Source of the DNA: Patescibacteria group bacterium
GTDB lineage: Bacteria > Patescibacteriota > Patescibacteriia > UBA10025 > JAHIVO01
Length of the DNA: 64,000 nt
Reading direction: 5' to 3'
NCBI GenBank assembly: GCA_041660605.1
Contig: JBAZWB010000001.1
Span: forward strand, 329,295 to 393,294
This document shows, piece by piece, positions 56,886 through 64,000 of this stretch. Position 1 is the stretch's first letter. Every line of letters starts with the position of its first letter. Below the pieces are notes generated by a model. The model saw nothing but the letters and a program-made list of their open reading frames with translations. It was not told the DNA's origin and made no database searches. The translations under genes and the position numbers were made by a program.

Positions 56886-57530
56886 ATGGAAACAAAACAA
56901 GTTGACGTCGGCAAAGCGATCGCTTATGGCTGGAGCGAGGTAAAGAAAAATTTTTGGTATTTTGTGGGACTGGCCGTCATCGTCATAGTCATTGAAAGCA
57001 TTGGTAGCGGACCGAAAGAGCACCGGACCTATTTTAACGTCCTCGGCCTTTTTCTCGGCGCCTGGATGGCCTGCGGTTTCACCACCATCGTGCTGGATTA
57101 CTACGGCGGCACCAAGCGCGAGATTACTGATGTCTTTACCCAGGTAAAAGATTTCTGGCGCGTGCTCGGGGCAAACATCCTCGTCGGCTTTATTGTCTTA
57201 GTCGGTTTTATTTTCCTGATTGTTCCCGGTATTTACCTCGGCTTACGCTTCATATTCACTATCCCTTTGATTATTGATAAAAATCTGGGCATTGGCGAAG
57301 CCATGGAACGAAGTTCGGAAATGACCAAGGGCATAAAAATGGAGTTGTTTGTTTTTGCCCTGACAGTCATCGGCGTATTGCTGCTCGGAGTGATCTGTCT
57401 CGGTGTCGGTATTTTCGTGGCTATGCCGGTGGTCTGGCTGGCGTATATTTACATTTACAAGACGATGCAAAATATCCAGCCCGCCGCCAATGTTCAGCCG
57501 GTTATTAAAACCGCCACACCCGCGCAATAA
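56886..57530 (+). CDS. membrane protein (DUF975/YciC-like)
   Basis: GFIFLIVPGIY..LR, A..RS..MTKG motifs. Confidence 0.8.
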   Translation: METKQVDVGKAIAYGWSEVKKNFWYFVGLAVIVIVIESIGSGPKEHRTYFNVLGLFLGAWMACGFTTIVLDYYGGTKREITDVFTQVKDFWRVLGANILVGFIVLVGFIFLIVPGIYLGLRFIFTIPLIIDKNLGIGEAMERSSEMTKGIKMELFVFALTVIGVLLLGVICLGVGIFVAMPVVWLAYIYIYKTMQNIQPAANVQPVIKTATPAQ

Positions 57531-57654
57531 GTGAATAATACGCGTGCCGCGACCACCCGGATGATTGCCTGATTAAATGAAATAGTTTCTCGCAGTTTTC
57601 GGTGTAATAAAAAAACCTATCTCATTGAGATAGGCCCTGCCCTAAAGCAGAAAT

Positions 57655-57795
57655 TTAGTCGCGGCAGATGCAGTGATTCCAGAAGCGCCACCATTCGTTG
57701 TCGTCATACCCGGGAACTTCAGGAAATGTAGGCCGAGGCAACCCGGCTTCTTTCATCTGCCTGTATAGCCGCCACGTCCGGCGATTCATCATCAT
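57655..57795 (-). CDS. 46-aa small protein
   Basis: GGAGG RBS, TTGACA promoter near 57860, terminator CCTATCTC/GAGATAGG+T7 at 57609-57635. Confidence 0.6.
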   Translation of the reverse strand: MMMNRRTWRLYRQMKEAGLPRPTFPEVPGYDDNEWWRFWNHCICRD

Positions 57796-58091
57796 GGTTC
57801 TTCCTCCGTGTTTTTTGCGATGTTGGTTTTCAAAAAAGAATACAGCATGTTTACTTTTTTGTCAAGGCGTAATGATTGGACATTCGCCAAATAAGGCGTA
57901 CTAGAGGACTTGAAATTTAGATGGCCAAAAGGGTGAATAGACGTATATTAAGCGTAATTTGATTTTTAGAATTGGGTAACAAAAACCACATGTTTTCAAT
58001 AAGTGGTATTTTTTTATTGTGCACAGGTTGTGGATATAATAATGTACATATTAGCCTTGTTTTGGAAGTGGTGCGGGTGTAGGCTTAAATT

Positions 58092-58553
58092 ATGAGAAAT
58101 CCAAAATATCTTGAGCAATATGAAAGAACCATGCGTTGGTATTGGCGATTTATAAAAATCAATCATGGGCAAATTCATCAAAAGAATTCAGATTTTTATC
58201 AAGATGAGGTATATAGTTTTTTTATTAATTGTTATCATTTAAAAGATTGGATAATAAATGATCCGGTAGTTAAAATAAATAAAGACGATATTGAAAAATT
58301 TGTACACAATAATAAGTATTTAAATATCTGCGGAGATATTTGTAATGGCGTTAAACATTTACAATTAAATAAATCTAATGGTGCAAAGATTGGATCAAGC
58401 CATTTTTCATTGGAGTTGGGCAGGGGAACCCCTGTCTTGTCCGTAAGATACGATATTGAAATTGACGGTAAAAAGTATGATGCTTTTAAGGTAGCCAATG
58501 AGGCTGTTAAGCAGTGGGATAATTTTATAAAACGTCGAATTAATTTCCAATAA
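58092..58553 (+). CDS. hypothetical, HEPN-like pattern
   Basis: AT-rich; FFINCYHLKDW...IC.DICNGVKH. Confidence 0.6.
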   Translation: MRNPKYLEQYERTMRWYWRFIKINHGQIHQKNSDFYQDEVYSFFINCYHLKDWIINDPVVKINKDDIEKFVHNNKYLNICGDICNGVKHLQLNKSNGAKIGSSHFSLELGRGTPVLSVRYDIEIDGKKYDAFKVANEAVKQWDNFIKRRINFQ

Positions 58554-58642
58554 TCCTTCAAGTCTTAAGGGGGCAGTGGTTTATTAAGTAAAAGTGAATT
58601 AATATAACATATATGGGAGAACTATAATTAATTAATATATTT

Positions 58643-59395
58643 ATGAAAAAAACAACACAAATGATTCAAAATTTAGATATTTCAAAAGAAGATATAGAAG
58701 AAATTGCGGAAAAAGTGCCGTGGATAGAATATATCGCATCAGGTTATAAATTAGTACGACAAAAAAGATTCATATTTTTTTTGCATAAACTAGAAAATCT
58801 TCTTATAAAAAAACCTGAAGATACTGAGGGTAAATTAAAGCAATATATCAAATCAAAGTTTGCACAAGATTTTTTATGTGATTATATTGATAAAGTTTTA
58901 CTAAATTCCTCTGATACAGTAAAATCAGCGCTGGCAATTCTATATTGCGAACAACATAATAATGCAATATCAGAAGAATTGGCATACCAAATCATTTTAG
59001 CGATTCACGGAATGTCAGAAAGAGAAGTGATGGTTTTGTTAGGTTTTTATATAAGTATGAAAGATGCAATGGAACATAACTCAACACTTACAAAAACGGA
59101 GGGTCCATTTAAAATTTTTTTGGCAACGGATGGGTTCATTAAAAGAATAATTCAGGAATTGAAATCTTTAAAATTATCCGAGACGGAAATATATAGCTAC
59201 TACCAAGATTTTAAAAATCGTAGAATATTCTTAGAAGACCCGGCCACAAGATATGGAGCAACAATAGCAGTAGGTGTTCATATTTTGACTCATGAAGTGT
59301 ATGATCTATTAAATAAAGCTCAAAAACTTTCACTTGGAAATTTTAAAAAAATTACTCTTGATGATTGGTCAAAAGAAAGAATTATGATAATATAA
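58643..59395 (+). CDS. hypothetical protein (AT-rich island)
   Basis: 250-aa ORF. Confidence 0.75.
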   Translation: MKKTTQMIQNLDISKEDIEEIAEKVPWIEYIASGYKLVRQKRFIFFLHKLENLLIKKPEDTEGKLKQYIKSKFAQDFLCDYIDKVLLNSSDTVKSALAILYCEQHNNAISEELAYQIILAIHGMSEREVMVLLGFYISMKDAMEHNSTLTKTEGPFKIFLATDGFIKRIIQELKSLKLSETEIYSYYQDFKNRRIFLEDPATRYGATIAVGVHILTHEVYDLLNKAQKLSLGNFKKITLDDWSKERIMII

Positions 59396-59624
59396 TATTT
59401 CACGACATAACTTCATTACCTTGAAGAAGTTTCAAAACTCATCCTCAATTTTTATAAATAAAACATAGCTCAATCACACGCTTTAATTTGCCATATTAAT
59501 ACATAAACAAACAACAATGCCCCCACCCTTAAAACCGCCTGCTGCCTGATGATTGACAGATGATGGGTTAAGGAATAAATTTAACATACCAACCTTCCCC
59601 AATTAATTCTTGGGGATTTTCTGT

Positions 59625-59912
59625 ATGAGAACATATTATGTGTATATAATGACGAATAAATTTAACCGGGTACTATATACTGGTGTTACTGGTAATATCA
59701 ACCGTCGAGTATTTGAGCATAAAGAAAAGCTAGTAAAGGGCTTTACTAGCCGCTATAACTTGCACAAAATGGTATATTGCGAAGAATTTAATGATGTTTT
59801 TGAAGCAATACAACGAGAAAAGCAGATAAAGGGGTGGTTACGCAAGAAAAAAAGAGAGCTGATTAGGCAGGCTAATCCTACCTGGCGTGATTTAAGCAAT
59901 GACCTTTACTAA
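59625..59912 (+). CDS. stand-alone GIY-YIG nuclease
   Basis: YYVYIMTN....VLYTGVT.N..RR..EHK.....GFTSRY, AI.REKQIKGW.R.KK..LI...NP.W.DL. Confidence 0.92.
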   Translation: MRTYYVYIMTNKFNRVLYTGVTGNINRRVFEHKEKLVKGFTSRYNLHKMVYCEEFNDVFEAIQREKQIKGWLRKKKRELIRQANPTWRDLSNDLY

Positions 59913-59929
59913 AGCCACTCCGGCCCCAC

Positions 59930-60013
59930 CGTCACTCTGAGCGGAGCGAAGAGTCCCCTCAGCCATAGGCTGAGGAGATCCTTCCCCTTCGCTTTGCTCA
60001 GGGTCAGGATGAC
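59930..60013. repeat. CGTC-tagged palindromic (REP-like) element downstream of the GIY-YIG gene
   Basis: CGTCACTCTGAGCGGAGCGAAGAGTC...CTTCGCTTTGCTCAGGGTCAGGATGAC. Confidence 0.75.
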
Positions 60014-60135
60014 AGATTAAAGCAAATTTGCCAAAGAAATACCAGATGAAGCCATATCGATACATTAATTACCAAAATATAAACTGCTTGTTATAACTTA
60101 TTAACTAGGCTAAAATTAAAATATAAATTTTTTAT

Positions 60136-60705
60136 ATGCCACGAGAAATAGAAATCCAGGTAAAAATAGAGAACATCCAGCCGCTTTTGGGTATATTAAA
60201 AAATAAAGGAAAACTTAAATACCAGACGCGGCAGGTGGACAAATATTACACACCGGCAGACAGGGACTTTACTGTCGTACGGCCGATTGCTGAATGGCTG
60301 CGACTGCGTGATGCCGAGGGGGAGCATTCTATTAATTATAAGAACTGGCACTTCAGCGCGGACGGCCGGAGCGAATATTGCGATGAGCATGAAACGCCGG
60401 TGGAAAATATTGAGGCAATGCGTGAGATATTCCAGGCATTAAAGTTCAGAAAGCTGGTGGCTGTCGATAAAACCCGGCAGGCCTGGCAATACCAGGATTG
60501 GGAAGTGGCGATTGATAAGATAAAAAACCTGGGCGATTTTGTGGAAATAGAATATAAGGGCAATAATAATCCAGAACCGAAAGAGGAAACTGATAAGATG
60601 ATTGATTTCCTCAAACAGCTTGATGGCGGGAAGATCGAGCGCAACTATCGGGGGTATCCTTTCCAGCTGCTGTTTCCGGATGAGGTGAAGTGGGAAGTAA
60701 TGTAA
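60136..60705 (+). CDS. CYTH domain protein (class IV adenylate cyclase-like)
   Basis: EIEIQ, Q.D.YY, WLRLR, E.ET, V.K.R, D.I..LG.FVEIE. Confidence 0.88.
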   Translation: MPREIEIQVKIENIQPLLGILKNKGKLKYQTRQVDKYYTPADRDFTVVRPIAEWLRLRDAEGEHSINYKNWHFSADGRSEYCDEHETPVENIEAMREIFQALKFRKLVAVDKTRQAWQYQDWEVAIDKIKNLGDFVEIEYKGNNNPEPKEETDKMIDFLKQLDGGKIERNYRGYPFQLLFPDEVKWEVM

Positions 60706-60820
60706 TTTACCTGGCACAACGCTGGTTGGGTTTTTTGCATTGACATTAAAATAAGTTTGTTGTAAGTTGTAATATCTGTTAAATATTGAATGATCATTTT
60801 GAATATAAAGCGGAGGAAAC

Positions 60821-61531
60821 ATGAGTTGCGTATTATGTGATGTTTTTGGAGGTTCAGTCAGTGAAAATCTGATTGTCACCAGAACGCCGGAATTGGTGAT
60901 TTGCTACGCTCTCAAAAGGGACGCGCCTGTGCATATCCTGGGCGTACCGGATGAGCATGTGGCGACCATTGAACAGGCTAAGCCAGGTTTGTGCGGGCGA
61001 ATCATTATTTCTTTAATTGAGGCGTACAATGAAATGCGCCGGGAAGGTTACTGGGCGGATGGAGTTAACTATCCCGGAGACCAGCTTAATGGTTACAGGA
61101 TAGTTATCAACGAAGGTCCGGATGGCGGACAGTCGGTGCCAGGGCACTATCATGTGCATCTGGTGGCGGGCGTTACCATGTTTGGTCTGAAAAGCGATGA
61201 ACGTCCTGTCGGCGATCATTTGCGTTCGGGAATGTATCCTGCCAACATGATTTTGGACACGCCAGGCGATAAGATTGATCTGCAAATGGTGGCTCCCGGC
61301 ATGTGGGTGTTTATCCAGACTGATCTTGGAGTTTTCGAGTTTCGCTACCACTCTGGCCTGATGTTCTACTGGCGGCAGGAGAATGTGCATACGAGATTCG
61401 GCAAGCTGCAACAAATGCCGTGTGTCGGCAGTACGCTCCGGGTCAACGTGCTTTGGCCGCAGTTGCTGCCAGGTCCTGATTTTACTGTTGATCGCGATCT
61501 GGGTACAATAAAAGCGATCGTTTTCCCCTAG
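60821..61531 (+). CDS. HIT-family hydrolase with extra C-terminal domain
   Basis: C..C, APVHIL..P..H, GYRIVIN.G..GGQSV..HYHVHL. Confidence 0.85.
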   Translation: MSCVLCDVFGGSVSENLIVTRTPELVICYALKRDAPVHILGVPDEHVATIEQAKPGLCGRIIISLIEAYNEMRREGYWADGVNYPGDQLNGYRIVINEGPDGGQSVPGHYHVHLVAGVTMFGLKSDERPVGDHLRSGMYPANMILDTPGDKIDLQMVAPGMWVFIQTDLGVFEFRYHSGLMFYWRQENVHTRFGKLQQMPCVGSTLRVNVLWPQLLPGPDFTVDRDLGTIKAIVFP

Positions 61532-61565
61532 GGGAATCAGACGCACCTTCATTTCAGGAGGAAAT

Positions 61566-61733
61566 ATGCCAGTTGTAGGAATGATGCCTTGGGAAATCTG
61601 TTTGGCTTGCGGGGCGCATTGTCAGCCTGATTGCTGGAGAAGCTGCTGTGGTACCTGTGATGTCATGGTCGCAAAAACCAGTGCTGACCGGCAGGACGAG
61701 ATATATAAACTGCTAACCGTTATAGGAAATTAG
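61566..61733 (+). CDS. 55-aa Cys-rich small protein
   Basis: AGGAGG RBS; CLACGAHCQPDCWRSCCGTC (7 Cys). Confidence 0.65.
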   Translation: MPVVGMMPWEICLACGAHCQPDCWRSCCGTCDVMVAKTSADRQDEIYKLLTVIGN

Positions 61734-61739
61734 GGAAGT

Positions 61740-61892
61740 ATGGAAATGTTTCTTGAAGTCGTTGCGGGCGGCGGGTTATCCCTGGCCGTTTTCTCCGGGG
61801 CTTTTGCGCGAAATCCCTGGAAATCGTTCTCAGCGGTAGCTGGTTTGATTGCCTGTTATGGCGGTCTAATCTGGCTAAGTATAATTCGCTAG
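61740..61892 (+). CDS. 50-aa two-TM small protein
   Basis: ORF 6 nt after the previous stop, hydrophobic, terminator at about 61922-61954. Confidence 0.55.
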   Translation: MEMFLEVVAGGGLSLAVFSGAFARNPWKSFSAVAGLIACYGGLIWLSIIR

Positions 61893-61993
61893 TTAAATCA
61901 GTATCTTATGATGCTGATCAAGGCGCTGGTTCACGAGAGTCAGCGTCCTTTTTTATTGAATTAATTCAATATTTACGATATAATTAAGTCAAT

Positions 61994-62236
61994 ATGGCAA
62001 AAAGATTCTACCCTGCACCAGTTCCGCCTTCGGCGTAACGATCCTGTACTATAACTCCTCTTCGGCTTCGCTCAGAGTCGTTAAGTACAGGGCTAGAAGT
62101 GCTTTTATAAAACGTAATCGATTATGTCAAAGAAGTTCTACATCACTACCCCTATCTATTATGTAAACGACCCCGAACCATGCCGCTTCGCGTCAGGTAC
62201 GGGGCGAGAAGTGCCATTATCTATCTTTTTTTCACA
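61994..62236 (+). pseudogene. two dead metG 5' ends (MAKRFY at 61994; MSKKFYITTPIYYVND at 62124), each cut by a hairpin insert
   Basis: recoded copies of the MetG N-terminus followed by CCC(C/T)G...C(A/G)GGGC..G inserts. Confidence 0.85.
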
Positions 62237-63664
62237 ATGAAAAAGTTTTACATTACAACCCCTATTTACTACGTAAACGATAAACCACACATCGGTCATT
62301 TGTACACCACAATTGCGGCTGATGTTTTGGCGCGCTACTACCGCCAGAAGGAATATGACGTTTTCTTTTTGACCGGTACGGACGAGCATGGCGCCAAAGT
62401 CGCGGAAAGCGCGGCCAAGGCCGGAATGGAACCCCAGGCTTTTGCCGACAAGAACAGCGAGCTTTTTAAAGCCGCTTTCAAGAATTTAAATATCTCCAAC
62501 GATTATTTCATCCGCACTACGGATCTGCGCCACGAGGAATCGGTAAAAAAATTGATGCAGAAGCTGTTTGACCAGGGGGATATATATGAGGGGGTGTACG
62601 AGGGCTTGTATTGCGTTGGCTGCGAAAAGTTTCTGACGGAAAAAGAGCTGGTGGACGGCAAATGCCCTTTGCACAAAGTGCCTCCGCAAAAGCTCAAAGA
62701 GAAGAATTATTTTTTTAAGCTGAAAAAATACCTGCCTGAAATCAAGAAAATCATTGAAAAAGGCAAGATTAAAATCGCTCCGGCAGGCAGGAAAAAAGAG
62801 GTACTGGGATTATTCAAGCAGGAGCTGGAAGATTTTTCCGTTTCCCGAGAAAAAGTCAGCTGGGGCATCCCGCTGCCGTTTGATGCCAAGCAGAAAACGT
62901 ATGTCTGGGTGGAAGCATTGCAGAATTACATATCCGCGATCGGTTACGGCGACAATGAGAAAGATTTCAAGAAATGGTGGCCGGCCGACGTGCACCTGAT
63001 GGCCAGGGATATTCTGAAATTCCACTGCCTCTACTGGCCGGCGCTGCTGCTGGCTGCCGGGCTGGCGATGCCGAAGAAAATATTCCTTCACGGTTTTTTC
63101 ACCATTAACGGCGAAAAAATGTCCAAAAGCGTCGGCAATGTCATTGACCCGAATGAGATAAAAGAAAAATTCGGCGCTGAGGCGGCGCGTTATCTTTTAT
63201 TATCGCAATTTCCATTTGGCCAGGACGGGGATATCAAGGAGGATTTATTCGCAGAAAAATACAATTCTGATTTAGCCAATAATCTGGGCAATCTGGTCAG
63301 CCGGGTTTTGAACATGATAGAGAAATACTGCGACGGGAAAATTCCCCAGACAGTGGCCAATCCCATTCTGCTTGATGAACCGGGTGAATTAATCGGCGAT
63401 TTGGAATTTGATAAGGCCTTAAAAAGTATTATGGCAAGCATTGACCAGGCCAACCACCTGATTGACGGGCAAAAACCGTGGGTGCTGGCAAAAGACGCGG
63501 CAAAAAAGCCGCAGCTTGATGCTGTTTTGAGCCAGCTGGCCGCTTTTCTCTACGAGCTGTCCGGCGTAATTAATCCTTTCATGCCTGGTACGGCAGAGAA
63601 AATTGTCGGCAGTTTAGCACAGGCCAAAATTGAAAAAGGGGAGCCGTTATTCAAGCGCATTTGA
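62237..63664 (+). CDS. metG: methionine--tRNA ligase (short form)
   Basis: FYITTPIYYVND.PHIGH, TGTDEHG, YCVGCE, KMSKS. Confidence 0.97.
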   Translation: MKKFYITTPIYYVNDKPHIGHLYTTIAADVLARYYRQKEYDVFFLTGTDEHGAKVAESAAKAGMEPQAFADKNSELFKAAFKNLNISNDYFIRTTDLRHEESVKKLMQKLFDQGDIYEGVYEGLYCVGCEKFLTEKELVDGKCPLHKVPPQKLKEKNYFFKLKKYLPEIKKIIEKGKIKIAPAGRKKEVLGLFKQELEDFSVSREKVSWGIPLPFDAKQKTYVWVEALQNYISAIGYGDNEKDFKKWWPADVHLMARDILKFHCLYWPALLLAAGLAMPKKIFLHGFFTINGEKMSKSVGNVIDPNEIKEKFGAEAARYLLLSQFPFGQDGDIKEDLFAEKYNSDLANNLGNLVSRVLNMIEKYCDGKIPQTVANPILLDEPGELIGDLEFDKALKSIMASIDQANHLIDGQKPWVLAKDAAKKPQLDAVLSQLAAFLYELSGVINPFMPGTAEKIVGSLAQAKIEKGEPLFKRI

Positions 63665-63682
63665 ATCATTAAATATTAAATT

Positions 63683-64000
63683 ATGGCCATCATTGATATT
63701 ATCCTGCTTATAATGTTTTTTGGCTTTGTCGGCGCGGGATTTTATTTCGGATTGATACACACGCTGGGCGCGATCATCGGAGTATTTGTCGGCGTCGTTG
63801 CGGCGGGCAGTTTGTATCGCGATATATCGCCATTTTTCCAGTTTGTCGGCTTGAAATCCGGCGTGGCTGACGTTATGGCTTTTATAATAATTTTTTTGGT
63901 AGTCAGCCGCTTGATCGGATTCGTCGTCCATATGTTTGATAAGGGTTTCCAGCTGGCGAGATTGATTCCTTTTGCCACCACAGCCAACCGTTTGGCCGGC
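63683..64000 (+). CDS. CvpA family membrane protein (runs off window end)
   Basis: IIDIILL......GF..GLI......G, NRLAG motif. Confidence 0.8.
   Translation, partial: MAIIDIILLIMFFGFVGAGFYFGLIHTLGAIIGVFVGVVAAGSLYRDISPFFQFVGLKSGVADVMAFIIIFLVVSRLIGFVVHMFDKGFQLARLIPFATTANRLAG

Noticed and set aside
62180-62236. N-terminal extension of MetG in the ORF track
   Set aside because: That ATG lies inside a hairpin insert; the conserved start is 62237.
132-63987. Numerous antisense or overlapping ORFs in the track
   Set aside because: Shadow frames of well-supported genes with no independent evidence.

Overview
Ordinary bacterial chromosome, standard genetic code, most likely Patescibacteria/CPR (inferred from a VirB2/TrbC-type pilin, a membrane-anchored Clp ATPase, FG-GAP/NHL surface proteins and many short monocistronic ORFans). 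Housekeeping content: purC-purE fusion, purH, a butyrate-kinase family gene, tRNA-Asp, rplT-rpmI-infC, ssrA/smpB, argS, pit, ileS, recO, tgt, a surface-glycosylation cluster, glyQS, rsmI and metG. The most striking unexplained structure is a repeated pattern at the ends of conserved genes. There are dead duplicate gene ends: a tRNA-Asp 3' half, two extra metG 5' ends, and a glyQS 3' end flanking a single cargo gene. These carry or sit beside a shared family of tetranucleotide-tagged hairpin inserts whose core (CTCTTCGGCTTCGCTCAG) also flanks stand-alone GIY-YIG nuclease genes. No integrase or transposase is visible in the window. Other candidates: a covarying RNA motif upstream of two ORFans, a palindromic site upstream of two promoters, a leader-peptide attenuator before a radical SAM/SPASM gene, a 6S-like ncRNA, a three-gene toxin-antitoxin-like island and several unannotated small proteins. 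All family assignments come from motif recognition by eye; no searches were run.
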